Positions 9,415 to 18,418 are shown, counted from the first letter of the stretch. The stretch: 64,000 nt of DNA from Solirubrobacteraceae bacterium (GCA_030690545.1 JAUYGN010000079.1:39386-103385), one strand, 5' to 3'. Notes: generated by a model not told the origin, from the sequence alone. Program-made: numbers and translations.

Positions 9415-10491
9415 ATGGCGTTGTTAACGGGATGCGAAGATCGGCGTGCAGCGATTGCTAGCGTGTCGCGGGCTGTGCTGATACCGCTCTCAGCGGCGAC
9501 TTCGGACCGTCTGCGAGACGTCTGTGGCGAGGAGCCCGGGTTCTTCTGTCGCGAGGTGCTCGACCGCACCGGCGACCGCTCGCTCGCCGAGCTGTCGGAC
9601 AACCTGCTCGGCATGACGCTGACGGTCGTCGTGATCTTCGTCGTCGCCCTGATCATCAACCGGCTCGTCGGCCGGGGGATCAACCGCACCCTGCACACCC
9701 TGCACTCCGGCGCCGTCCGCGAGCGTCTCGGCTCGATCCGCCGCCGCACGCCCGCCGCCCTGCTGGAGACGACCGAGACGAGCCTGCGCGCCGAGCAGCG
9801 CATCACGGCGCTGACGAGCGTGCTGCGCAGCGTCTCGACCGTCGTGATCTTCACGATCGCGGGCTTTCTCATCCTCGGCGAGTTCGGGCTCAACCTCGCG
9901 CCGCTGCTCGCCGGCGCGGGCATCGTCGGCCTGGCGCTCGGCTTCGGCGCCCAGTCGCTCGTCAAGGACTTCCTCTCCGGCCTGTTCATCCTCGTCGAGG
10001 ATCAGTTCGGCGTCGGCGACATCGTCGACCTCGACCAGCAGACGTCGGGCACGGTCGAGGCCGTCTCGCTGCGCACGACGCGCCTGCGCTCCGTCGACGG
10101 CACGGTCTGGCACGTGCCCAACGGCGACATCCGCCGCGTCGGCAACAAGAGTCAGCACTGGTCGCGCGCGCTGCTGGACATCGAGGTCTCCTACGACACG
10201 GACATCGACCAGGCCAAGTCGACGATCAAGCGCGTCGCCGACGGACTGTGGCAGGAGCGCCACGACATCATCGAGGAGCCGCAGGTCTGGGGCGTCGAGC
10301 AGCTCGGGCCCAACGCGATCGTGATCCGGCTCGTCGTGAAGACCCGGCCCTCGGACCAGTACGTCGTGAGCCGCGAGCTGCGCCAGCGACTGAAGGAGGC
10401 CTTCGACCTCGAGGGGATCGAGATCCCGTACGCGCAGCAGGTCGTCTGGCATCGCGACGAGCCCGCGCCGCAGCCGGCCGGCGACGAGTAG
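9415..10491 (+). CDS. Small-conductance mechanosensitive channel (MscS family)
   Basis: TM helices followed by DFLSGLFILVEDQFGVGDIVDL...GTVEAVSLRTTRLRSVDGTVWHVPNG, the MscS beta-domain signature. The start is uncertain. Confidence 0.85.
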   Translation: MALLTGCEDRRAAIASVSRAVLIPLSAATSDRLRDVCGEEPGFFCREVLDRTGDRSLAELSDNLLGMTLTVVVIFVVALIINRLVGRGINRTLHTLHSGAVRERLGSIRRRTPAALLETTETSLRAEQRITALTSVLRSVSTVVIFTIAGFLILGEFGLNLAPLLAGAGIVGLALGFGAQSLVKDFLSGLFILVEDQFGVGDIVDLDQQTSGTVEAVSLRTTRLRSVDGTVWHVPNGDIRRVGNKSQHWSRALLDIEVSYDTDIDQAKSTIKRVADGLWQERHDIIEEPQVWGVEQLGPNAIVIRLVVKTRPSDQYVVSRELRQRLKEAFDLEGIEIPYAQQVVWHRDEPAPQPAGDE

Positions 10492-10508
10492 CCCGCCATA
10501 CTGATGCC

Positions 10509-10766
10509 ATGTCCAGCCGCGTCGTCCTCTTCTCGACCGACTCCTGCACGTACTGCGGGGCCGCGAAGTCGCTGCTCAGCACGCGCGGCGTCGCCTTCGA
10601 GGAGGTCGACCTCAGCGAGCATCCGGAGCTGCAGGCCGAGCTGACGAGCGTCACCGGCCTGGAGCGCTACCCGCAGATCGTCGTGGACGGCGAGCCGCTC
10701 GGCGGCCTCAACGAGCTTCGCGCGGCCGAGAAGTCCGGCCTGCTGGCGTCATGGGGCAGCGACTGA
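10509..10766 (+). CDS. Glutaredoxin
   Basis: [19 protein letters not shown]... contains the CxxC motif (CTYC), followed by [13 protein letters not shown]. 85 aa from the internal ATG at 10509. Confidence 0.85.
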   Translation: MSSRVVLFSTDSCTYCGAAKSLLSTRGVAFEEVDLSEHPELQAELTSVTGLERYPQIVVDGEPLGGLNELRAAEKSGLLASWGSD

Positions 10767-10767
10767 G

Positions 10768-11172
10768 GTGGCTCGCGCGCCAAGCCCCGTCCCACAGCCT
10801 CCGAGCTTCTACGAGGCCGTCGGCGGAGAGCCGACGTTCCGGCGCCTCGTCGCTCGCTTCTACGCGGAGGTCGCCACCGACGAGACGCTGCGCGCGCTGT
10901 ATCCGGAGGACGACCTCGGTCCCGCCGAAGAGCGTCTGCGGCTGTTTCTGATCCAGTACTGGGGCGGCCCGACGACCTACTCCGACATGCGCGGCCATCC
11001 GCGCCTGCGCATGCGCCACGCGCCCTTCGGCATCGGCCCGGCCGAGCGCGACGCGTGGCTGCGGGCCATGCGCGTCGCCGTCGACGAGGCGCCGCTGTCG
11101 GGAGCGCGACGCGAGCAGCTGTGGGGCTACCTGGAGTCCACCGCGGACCACATGATCAACCGCCAGCGGTAG
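10768..11172 (+). CDS. glbO: Group II truncated haemoglobin
   Basis: [22 protein letters not shown]...[29 protein letters not shown]...[12 protein letters not shown] is the typical trHbO signature. Confidence 0.85.
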   Translation: MARAPSPVPQPPSFYEAVGGEPTFRRLVARFYAEVATDETLRALYPEDDLGPAEERLRLFLIQYWGGPTTYSDMRGHPRLRMRHAPFGIGPAERDAWLRAMRVAVDEAPLSGARREQLWGYLESTADHMINRQR

Positions 11173-11223
11173 CCGGCGACCGAGCACGAGCCGTTCCGAC
11201 GCGCGGGAACCTAAGATTGCGCG

Positions 11224-11484
11224 ATGGCGACCGTGCGACTCCGGGGACAGCTCGAGAAGCTCGCGGGCGGCGTGCCCCAGCTCGAGATCGAGGCCGGCAC
11301 CGTCAGCGAGCTCCTGCAGCAGCTCGAACGCGATCATTCCGGCCTCGAGGGCTGGATCCTCGACGAGCGCGGCGTCCTGCGACGGCACATCAACGTCTTC
11401 GTCAACGGCGAGCCCGCCGAGCCGCAGACGGCGATCGACGCCGACGACCGCATCGAGATCCTGCCCGCGATCTCCGGCGGATGA
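11224..11484 (+). CDS. MoaD/ThiS-family ubiquitin-like small protein (C-terminal GG)
   Basis: 86 aa. INVFVNGE...DDRIEILPAISGG ends in Gly-Gly, as in beta-grasp sulfur carriers. Confidence 0.75.
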   Translation: MATVRLRGQLEKLAGGVPQLEIEAGTVSELLQQLERDHSGLEGWILDERGVLRRHINVFVNGEPAEPQTAIDADDRIEILPAISGG

Positions 11485-11494
11485 CGCGGGCCTG

Positions 11495-12556
11495 ATGATC
11501 GAGCTGCTCGTCGGGACCCGCAAGGGTCTCTTCGTGCTCGACGGCGAGCCGGGGTCGCGATTTGCGATCACGACGCGTGCGTTCGTCGGCGAGCCCGTCG
11601 ACTACGCGACGCGCGACCCGCGCAGCGGACGCCTGTTCGCCGCCGTCACCTCACCGTTCTGGGGTCCGCGCATCTGGTACACCGACGGAGACCCGGCCGG
11701 TGAGTGGGAGCCTGCGCGCGGCGTCGCGCTGCCGAAGGGCGGCAGGGAGGCGCTCAAGCGCATCTGGGTGATCGTGCCCGGCGAGGCCCCCGGGCTGCTC
11801 TATGCGGGCGGGGACCCCGGCGTGCTGTTCGAGAGCCGCGACGACGGCGCGACCTGGGCGCTCAACAAGGCTCTCTGGGAGCACCCGACGCGGCCGCGCT
11901 GGCGGCGTGACTCGGGCGGCCTGTCGGTCCACTCGATCGCGCCCTGGCCCGGCGACCCGCAGCGCCTGGCGCTGGCGATCTCGGCGGCCGGCGTCTGGCT
12001 GACCGAGGACGGCGGTCTGACCTGGTCGCACGGCAACGCCGGGATCGTCGCCGACTACCTGCCCGAGGAGACGCGGGCACACGCGATCGACCTCTGCGTG
12101 CATCATCTCGAGCGCGCGCGGCTGCAGCCCGAGCGACTGTTCCTGCAGTTCCACGGCGGCGTCTACCGCTCCGACGACGCCGGCCGGTCGTGGACCGGCA
12201 TCGCCGCCGGCCTGCCGCACGACTTCGGCTTTCCCGTCGTGCTCGATCCGGCCGATCCCGACAGCGCGTACGTGATCCCCGTCACGACCGAGGACCGCGT
12301 CACCGACGGGCGCGTCGTCGTCTTCGAGACGCGCGACGCGGGCGCCAGCTGGATCCCGCGTGACGAAGGCCTGCCGCAGGACGACGCCTACCTCTCGATC
12401 CTGCGCCAGTCGTTCGCGGCGACCGGCGAGGGATCGTCGCTGGAGCTCTACTTCGGCGCGACCTCGGGCGAGATCTTCGGCTCGAGCGACGCCGGTGCGA
12501 GCTGGTTTCGCGTCGCCTGGCGGTTGCCGGCGATCGCGTCGGTCCGCCCCGGCTGA
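11495..12556 (+). CDS. BNR/Asp-box repeat beta-propeller protein (sialidase-like fold)
   Basis: Five SxDxGxxW Asp-boxes: SRDDGATW, TEDGGLTW, SDDAGRSW, TRDAGASW, SSDAGASW. Confidence 0.75.
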   Translation: MIELLVGTRKGLFVLDGEPGSRFAITTRAFVGEPVDYATRDPRSGRLFAAVTSPFWGPRIWYTDGDPAGEWEPARGVALPKGGREALKRIWVIVPGEAPGLLYAGGDPGVLFESRDDGATWALNKALWEHPTRPRWRRDSGGLSVHSIAPWPGDPQRLALAISAAGVWLTEDGGLTWSHGNAGIVADYLPEETRAHAIDLCVHHLERARLQPERLFLQFHGGVYRSDDAGRSWTGIAAGLPHDFGFPVVLDPADPDSAYVIPVTTEDRVTDGRVVVFETRDAGASWIPRDEGLPQDDAYLSILRQSFAATGEGSSLELYFGATSGEIFGSSDAGASWFRVAWRLPAIASVRPG

Positions 12557-12615
12557 ACGCGACCGCACGACCTCCGCAGGCGCCGACGCGCGCGCGACGA
12601 TTACCCTGGCGGGCG

Positions 12616-13515
12616 ATGACCGTCATCCCCGCTTCCGCCGCGCGCCGCTCATGCCTGTCCGTTCCGGGCTCGTCGGCGTCGATGCTCGCCAAGGCGCCGC
12701 TGCGCGGCGCCGACGAGGTCATCGTCGATCTCGAGGACGCCGTCGCCGTCGCCGCGAAGGACGACGCGCGCGAGACGACCCTCGCGGCGCTCGGCGAGCC
12801 GCAGTGGCACGGCGTGCGCGCGAGCGTGCGGGTCAACGCGCCGCGCACCCCCTGGTGCCATGCCGACATCGTCGCGATCGCCTCGGCCACGACCGGCCCG
12901 GAGTCGATCATCGTGCCCAAGGTCGAGAGCGCGGGCGACCTGGCGTTCGTCGACCGCCTGCTCGACGGCGCCGAGGCCGCGGCTCGGACCGGCCGCCGTC
13001 CGCTGCGCGTGCAGGCGCTGATCGAGACCGCCGCCGGCATCGCTCGCCTCGACGAGATCGCCGGCGCGTCGTCACGCCTGGACTCGCTGATCCTCGGCTA
13101 CGCCGATCTGTCGGCGTCGCTCGGTCGGGCGGCAGGCGCCGGGGCCGAGCTGGACTCGTGGCGCGCGATCCAGGACGCGGTCCTCGTCGCGGCGCGCACG
13201 CACGACGTCGCGGCGATCGACGGGCCATACCTGGGGATCGCCGTCGACGAGGGCTTCATCGCGGCCGCGCAACGCGCCCGCGCGATGGGATTCGACGGCA
13301 AGTGGGCGATCCATCCGGCGCAGGTCGCGGCGCTCAACGCCCTGTTCACCCCCTCCGACGAGGAGGTCGAGCACGCGCGCGCGGTGATCGGTGCGCTCGA
13401 TGATGCGGAGCGGGAGGGCGGCGCCGGCGCCGTGGCGCTCGACGGTCAGATGCTCGACGAGGCCGTCCGCGTCGCCGCGCTGCGCGTGCTCGCGCGTGCC
13501 GGCACCGCTGCCTGA
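12616..13515 (+). CDS. HpcH/HpaI aldolase / citrate lyase beta-subunit (CitE)-like protein
   Basis: RSCLSVPGSS..ML.KA...ADEVIVDLEDAV, then IETA.G....EIA and FDGKWAIHPAQV. These match citryl-/malyl-CoA lyase-like motifs. Confidence 0.8.
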   Translation: MTVIPASAARRSCLSVPGSSASMLAKAPLRGADEVIVDLEDAVAVAAKDDARETTLAALGEPQWHGVRASVRVNAPRTPWCHADIVAIASATTGPESIIVPKVESAGDLAFVDRLLDGAEAAARTGRRPLRVQALIETAAGIARLDEIAGASSRLDSLILGYADLSASLGRAAGAGAELDSWRAIQDAVLVAARTHDVAAIDGPYLGIAVDEGFIAAAQRARAMGFDGKWAIHPAQVAALNALFTPSDEEVEHARAVIGALDDAEREGGAGAVALDGQMLDEAVRVAALRVLARAGTAA

Positions 13516-13537
13516 GCGGCCCGCCGCAGCCCGCGCG

Positions 13538-14137
13538 TCATTCGCAGAACGGGATCCTCGGGATGCCGATCAGCGTGACCCGCTTCGTCGTCGTGTCGAC
13601 GGCGAACTCGATCCTGCCGCCGCCCTGCCTGGGCACGCGCACGAGCGTGATCGCGAACGTCGCGTCGGTGCTGTGATCGAACCGCGCCGCGGGGAACGCC
13701 CTCCTGATCGCAGCGGAGGTCGAGCCGATCCGCACGCCGCGGGCGGCCGCGCCACCACGGATGACGATCGTCGCCACCTTGCGCGGCGCGCGGCGCGTGA
13801 GGTCGACCGATCCGCGCAGCGGCGCCCGCAGCGATGCCGAGCGCGTGCCCGGTCCCGCGAGCTCGCAACCGGGTCGGAGCTTGCCGAGATGCCCGCCCGC
13901 GCGCAGCGCCGTATAGGTCTTGCCGAGCTTGACGGCGCCGACACCGGACGGCGTCGCCGACCGGGGCGCGGCAGCGACCGCGACGGCCACGGCGCCCGAC
14001 GCCGCGAGCGTGACGATCATGGCGAGCGCCGAGCGGCCGCGAGTCCGTCCCGCATGCGCAGTGAATAGACTGGCGAGAACGGGTATTGGACGCACCGGAG
14101 GATGGTATCGCGCCGCATTTGTTGCTCGCGCAATCAT
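13538..14137 (-). CDS. Hypothetical secreted protein
   Basis: Signal-peptide-like RTRGRSALAMIVTLAASGAVAVAVAAAP followed by a high-GC3 ORF. The start is uncertain (14137 or 14020). No recognisable domain. Confidence 0.5.
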   Translation of the reverse strand: MIARATNAARYHPPVRPIPVLASLFTAHAGRTRGRSALAMIVTLAASGAVAVAVAAAPRSATPSGVGAVKLGKTYTALRAGGHLGKLRPGCELAGPGTRSASLRAPLRGSVDLTRRAPRKVATIVIRGGAAARGVRIGSTSAAIRRAFPAARFDHSTDATFAITLVRVPRQGGGRIEFAVDTTTKRVTLIGIPRIPFCE

Positions 14138-14294
14138 CTGATACGATGCCGCGCGGCGTCGTGTGGGCACCCCCCACTCGCGCGACCGCCTCCTCTCCCA
14201 TTGTTCAGAACGGGCCGCCGCTGCGGTGGCAATCGAGCAGACGTGTGGGATGAGTCGCGAACGACGACGCGCCGACACATCTGAAAGGGATCGC

Positions 14295-15239
14295 ATGGCT
14301 AGGACTACGACAACGAGCGCGCGCCGACGTGGCGAACACAGCGCCCCCCCGAAGCGCCCCAAGCGCCGCACGCCGGCCGAGGAGTCCGCGCGGCAGACCG
14401 CCCGCGCCCAGGCCGAGATGACCGCCGACTCGCTGCAGACGTTCCTCAACCAGGCGTCGCGCTACGAGCTGCTCACAGCAGCCGAGGAGATCGCGCTCGC
14501 CAAGCGCATCGAGCGTGGCGACGTCGACGCCAAGGACCGCATGATCAATGCGAACCTGCGCCTCGTCGTCTCGCAGGCGCGCCGGTACCAGGGCCTCGGC
14601 CTGCCGCTCGGCGACCTCGTCCAGGAGGGCACGCTCGGACTGATCCGCGCGGCCGAGAAGTTCGACTGGCGCAAGGGCTTCAAGTTCTCGACGTACGCCA
14701 CGCTGTGGATCCGTCAGAGCATCCAGCGCGGCCTCGCGAACACGTCGCGGACGATTCGCCTCCCGACGCACATCGAGCAGCGCGAGCGCAAGCTCGCCCG
14801 CGTCGAGCGCGACCTGACGGCGAAGCTGTCACACGATCCGTCCGACGAGGAGGTCGCGGCCGCGGCCGACATGACGGTCGCCGACATCCTCGCCCTGCGC
14901 GAGGCGCGGCGTCACGTCACGAGCCTCGACGTGCCGATCGGCGACGACGGCGACAGCAATCTCGGCGACTTCATCGCCAGCGACCGTCCCGACCCCAGCG
15001 AAGAGGCCCAGACGAGCGAGCTCGAGCGCACGGTCGCCGACGCCCTCGGGCGGTTGACCGGCGAGGAGCGCCGCGTCGTCGAGCTGCGCTATGGGCTGCG
15101 TGACGGTCGCGAGCGGTCGATCGAGGCGACGAGCCGCGAGCTGAGCATCACCCGTGATCGCGCCCGCCAGCTCGAAGAGGCCGCGATGCGCAGCCTCGAG
15201 GGCGAGGCTGCGCTCGCCGGGCTGCGCGAAGCCGCCTAG
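14295..15239 (+). CDS. RNA polymerase sigma factor, sigma-70 family (group 1/2, RpoD/SigB-like)
   Basis: Region 1.2/2: YELLTAAEEIALAKRIERGD, NLRLVVSQARRYQG, LVQEGTLGLIRAAEKFDWRKGFKFSTYATLWIRQSI. Region 4: ATSRELSITRDRARQLEEAAMRSL. ATG at 14295 is preceded by GAAAGGGA. Confidence 0.9.
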   Translation: MARTTTTSARRRGEHSAPPKRPKRRTPAEESARQTARAQAEMTADSLQTFLNQASRYELLTAAEEIALAKRIERGDVDAKDRMINANLRLVVSQARRYQGLGLPLGDLVQEGTLGLIRAAEKFDWRKGFKFSTYATLWIRQSIQRGLANTSRTIRLPTHIEQRERKLARVERDLTAKLSHDPSDEEVAAAADMTVADILALREARRHVTSLDVPIGDDGDSNLGDFIASDRPDPSEEAQTSELERTVADALGRLTGEERRVVELRYGLRDGRERSIEATSRELSITRDRARQLEEAAMRSLEGEAALAGLREAA

Positions 15240-15249
15240 CGCAGGAGCG

Positions 15250-15897
15250 TCAGGATCCCGCCGGCGGCTTGCCGGCGGGCCGTCCGCCAAGCTTGATCGT
15301 GCCCTGCTTGAAGGGGATCGAGCCCAGCGATCCCTGGGCGATCCGCCAGGCCGGCTCGACTGGCGGAGGCGGCTCGGCGCCTGCGTCGGACTCAGCGCCC
15401 GCGTCCGGCTCGGCCTCGCCGGCGTCCGGCTCGGCCTCGTCGGCGACCGGCTCGGCCTCGGCAGCCAGAGCCGTTTCAGCAGCCGGCGTCGCTTCGGCGA
15501 CCGGCACGTCCTCGGTGGCTGACTCCGGCGCCGTGGCTGACTCCGGCGCCGTGGCTGCCTCCGGCGCCGCAGCTGGATCCGGCTGGGCGGCCGGCGGCGG
15601 ATCGCCGGCTGCCTCGTCCGGCGCCGGGGCAGGCGCCGCCTCGGCCTCGGTGGCCGCGGGGCTCGCCGCCAGATGGATCGGGCCGTGGCCGACGACCGTG
15701 CCGTCGGGACCGACGAAGCCCGGATCGGCCCCGGGCTGCGGCTCCGCGGCCGGCACGCTCAGAAGCGGCGCCGGCGTCTGCGCGCCGGCTCCACGATCAC
15801 CGCGTGAGCCACGCGCCGCGAGCAGGATGCCGAGCACGATCGCCAGGACGGCGATCGCCGCAGTCGGCGCGTCACCCAGAGCCGCCAGAAGCTGCAT
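15250..15897 (-). CDS. Membrane-anchored Ala/Pro/Glu-rich low-complexity protein
   Basis: An N-terminal TM segment (AAIAVLAIVLGILLAA) is followed by an acidic A/P/E-rich repetitive region and a short conserved-looking C-terminus (WRIAQGSLGSIPFKQGTIKLGG). Confidence 0.55.
   Translation of the reverse strand: MQLLAALGDAPTAAIAVLAIVLGILLAARGSRGDRGAGAQTPAPLLSVPAAEPQPGADPGFVGPDGTVVGHGPIHLAASPAATEAEAAPAPAPDEAAGDPPPAAQPDPAAAPEAATAPESATAPESATEDVPVAEATPAAETALAAEAEPVADEAEPDAGEAEPDAGAESDAGAEPPPPVEPAWRIAQGSLGSIPFKQGTIKLGGRPAGKPPAGS
15401..15463. repeat. 21-bp tandem repeat x3 inside the A/P/E-rich gene
   Basis: GCGTCCGGCTCGGCCTCGCCG / GCGTCCGGCTCGGCCTCGTCG / GCGACCGGCTCGGCCTCGGCA. These encode the repeated AEPDAGE-type peptide. 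Confidence 0.8.
15515..15568. repeat. 18-bp tandem repeat x3 inside the A/P/E-rich gene
   Basis: GTGGCTGACTCCGGCGCC x2, then GTGGCTGCCTCCGGCGCC. These encode the ATAPES repeats. Confidence 0.8.
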
Positions 15898-15906
15898 ACC
15901 GGAAGC

Positions 15907-16416
15907 CTACGCCTCGGCCCTGTCGTATACGTCGGCAGCGTCAGCTCCCATCACCCGCTCGGCCATCTCGGCCTTCAGCTCGTCCAAGCGCGCATCGTCG
16001 GCTGCGCTGCGCCCATCCTTGCGCGCGAGGTCGATGAACTCGGGTGGCACGTAGCCGTCGCGCAGCACGAGCGTCACCGAGCGCCCCCCGTAGCTGACCT
16101 CGAACACGAAGCGCTCGCGCTCGCGACCGAGCTCGGGACGCGCGAGCGAGCGATCGACCGTGTAGCGCTCGCCGCTGACCGCCCGCGTCACGAGCTCGAA
16201 GCCGTCGCGCGCGCCGGGACCCCCGAACGACGTCCGCAGCACGATCTCGCGCCGCGCCGGCACCTCGCCGTCCGCGGTCAGCAGCGCGAAGGCGCGCTCC
16301 ATGACCTTGAAGGCGTGGGCGACGCCACCCGGCGAACCCGGGCCGTGATACTTCATCATGTCCTCGAACGAGTAGGCGATCGTCCGCCCGAGCTCGCGTA
16401 CCTCGATCAGCGTCAT
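15907..16416 (-). CDS. Hypothetical protein (weak FmdE-like N-terminal pattern)
   Basis: Internal ATG at 16416 overlaps the stop of the upstream hydrolase gene (ATGA). SFEDMMKYHGPGSPGGVAHAFKVMERAF resembles the FHGHxCPG region of FwdE/FmdE, but the Cys and His residues are replaced. Confidence 0.6.
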   Translation of the reverse strand: MTLIEVRELGRTIAYSFEDMMKYHGPGSPGGVAHAFKVMERAFALLTADGEVPARREIVLRTSFGGPGARDGFELVTRAVSGERYTVDRSLARPELGRERERFVFEVSYGGRSVTLVLRDGYVPPEFIDLARKDGRSAADDARLDELKAEMAERVMGADAADVYDRAEA

Positions 16417-17240
16417 GGGCTGGACGGTACCCCTGTCGCCAGCGCGAACCGCCGCACGAGCTCGGCGGACCGCTGGGGCTGCTCCCAGAAGAACAGATGG
16501 CCAGCGCCGTCGAGCAGCTCCAGGCGCGCACCCGGGATCAGCGACGCGACGAGCTCTCCGTTGATCGGCGCCAGGATCTCGTCCGCCGTTCCGTGGATGA
16601 CGAGCGTCGGGATCCGCAGGCCGCGCAGGCGGGCGTACGTGTCGTGGGCGTCGGCGGCGCCCTTCTGGGAGAGCAGGACCGGTATCCCGGCGGGTGCCCG
16701 CCGGGCAGCCGCCTCGAACGCGGCATAGTGTCCCGGGCCGGAGGTGTGGGCGCGCGAGAGGACGAGCTCGAAGCCCGTGCGCAGCATCCGCTCGCGATCG
16801 CGCGACAGCACGGCGGCCGTCAGGCGCTGGACGACCTCCGGCGCAATCGCCTTGGACTGCGTTCCGCCGCACGAGGTGCAGCCGAGCGTCAACGTCCTGA
16901 CGCGGTGCGGCGCGGCCAGCGCGAGCTCCTGGGCCACCATCCCGCCCATCGAGACGCCGAGCACGTGAGCGGCGGGGACGTCGAGCGCGTCGAGCATCGC
17001 GATCGCGTCGCTCGCCAGGCCAGCGATCGTGACGTCGTCTTGCTGCGGGGCGCTGCCCCCGACGCCGCGGTGGTCGTAGACGATCAGCTCGAAGTCGCGC
17101 TGCAGGCTCGCGAGGAACGGCTCGCCCCAGTGGGCACCGTGCGCGCCCATGCCCTGGATGAGCAGCATGGGCTCCCCGGCGCCGCGGCGCTCGTACTGCA
17201 GTTCGCCGCCTGCAACGGCCACGGTTGGCACCCGCCGCAC
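16413..17240 (-). CDS. Alpha/beta-fold hydrolase
   Basis: LLIQGMG..., nucleophile elbow GVSMGG, and C-terminal GAGHLFFWEQP. It is a paralogue of 44091-44900. Confidence 0.85.
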   Translation of the reverse strand: MRRVPTVAVAGGELQYERRGAGEPMLLIQGMGAHGAHWGEPFLASLQRDFELIVYDHRGVGGSAPQQDDVTIAGLASDAIAMLDALDVPAAHVLGVSMGGMVAQELALAAPHRVRTLTLGCTSCGGTQSKAIAPEVVQRLTAAVLSRDRERMLRTGFELVLSRAHTSGPGHYAAFEAAARRAPAGIPVLLSQKGAADAHDTYARLRGLRIPTLVIHGTADEILAPINGELVASLIPGARLELLDGAGHLFFWEQPQRSAELVRRFALATGVPSSP

Positions 17241-17296
17241 GCTACCGCTTCGCGCTGGGTCGACCTGCCGCCCCGTTTCCTGGCAGGCTGTGCCGT

Positions 17297-17842
17297 ATGC
17301 GCATTCCCCGAATCCTGCTGCTGCTCGTTGTGCTCAGCCTGACCGGCACGATGCTCGTCGCCTGTGGCAGCGAGCAGGACGAGGAGCCTGCCGAGCCGTC
17401 GGTCGCCACCCTCGAGGGCGAGGGATTCACCGTCGCGATGCCCGGTACTCCGAAGCGGGAGGTCATCACCGCGCAGACCTCCGCGGGCCCCGTGCCGATC
17501 ACGGCGTACATCGCCGAGCGCGGGTCGGACGGGTTCTCGCTGAGCGTGCTGACGGTGCCGAAGGGCGTGAAGAGCGACCTCGACGAAGCGGTCAAGGGCG
17601 CGGCGGCGAGCGTCAAGGGAACGCTGCAGAACACGAGGCAGGCGACCTATCAGGGCTTCCCGGCGCGCGACGCGCGGATCACGAACGCGCGCGACCCCAA
17701 CGGCAACGCCGGCACGGTCTTCGCTCGCGTGATCGCGGCCAAGGGGCGGATCTTCCAGCTGCAGTTCGTCGTGGGCGAGGCCAACGTGCGGACGCCGCCG
17801 ACGGCCTACACGGAGTTCATCTCGTCGTTGAAGATCGCCTGA
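17297..17842 (+). CDS. Lipoprotein of unknown function
   Basis: MRIPRILLLLVVLSLTGTMLVACGSEQ is a signal peptide with a lipobox (LVAC). ATG at 17297. Confidence 0.7.
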   Translation: MRIPRILLLLVVLSLTGTMLVACGSEQDEEPAEPSVATLEGEGFTVAMPGTPKREVITAQTSAGPVPITAYIAERGSDGFSLSVLTVPKGVKSDLDEAVKGAAASVKGTLQNTRQATYQGFPARDARITNARDPNGNAGTVFARVIAAKGRIFQLQFVVGEANVRTPPTAYTEFISSLKIA

Positions 17843-17981
17843 GGCAGGCGGCAGGCGGCGACGCGACGGCGTCCGGTCCGCTGGGGACGACGTCGTCGCC
17901 GAGCTGACCGTAGGATGGGGCCGGGCTGCGGGTTGTGCCCGCAGACCATGACTCGTACCGGGGAAACGAGGGGGCGCCGGC

Positions 17982-18197
17982 ATGCCTACGCAGTCACGAA
18001 CGTTGATGCGATGCGAACGCTGCCGGGCTGCGATCAGCAGCGCCGACGCCTCGGACCGGATCCGGCACGGCGTCGCCTGCGGGGTCTGCGGCGGGACGCT
18101 CACGCTCCCGGACGGGCAGTGGCGCACGGACGGCACCGACGACCCGCCGGAGCCGCGGCGTCAGGCGAGCGACTCCCAGCCCAGCAGCTCGCCGTAG
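17982..18197 (+). CDS. Small zinc-ribbon protein (hypothetical)
   Basis: CERC...CGVCGG forms two CxxC pairs. Third-position GC is high. An alternative start lies at 18006. The 3-prime end overlaps a convergent ORF. Confidence 0.4.
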   Translation: MPTQSRTLMRCERCRAAISSADASDRIRHGVACGVCGGTLTLPDGQWRTDGTDDPPEPRRQASDSQPSSSP

Positions 18198-18418
18198 CAA
18201 CGCACCAGCTCGTCCCACGCCGTCCTCAGCTCGCCGCGAGCGGCGTCGAGGATCTCGGCGGGCGCGGGCTCGGGCGTCCAGCGGTTCTTGATCGGCTCGG
18301 TGGCGACGAGCGACTCGAGCTCCTTGGAGGCGGTTCGCAGACGCTCACCGGCACGGCGCAGTCGGCGACGCTCCTCTTCGGTCAGCTCCTCGGGCGTGGA
18401 CGCCATCGTCGCCATCAT
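18161..18418 (-). CDS. Small helical hypothetical protein
   Basis: 85 aa, charged and helical (EELTEEERRRLRRAGERLRTASKELESL). Third-position GC is strongly biased in this frame. Confidence 0.55.
   Translation of the reverse strand: MMATMASTPEELTEEERRRLRRAGERLRTASKELESLVATEPIKNRWTPEPAPAEILDAARGELRTAWDELVRCYGELLGWESLA

Noticed and set aside
15269-16054. 261-aa plus-strand Ser/Ala/Gly-rich ORF
   Set aside because: It is antisense to the A/P/E-rich gene and generated by the same tandem repeats. The minus-strand frame is preferred because it has a TM anchor and a non-repetitive C-terminus, although that call is itself only moderate.
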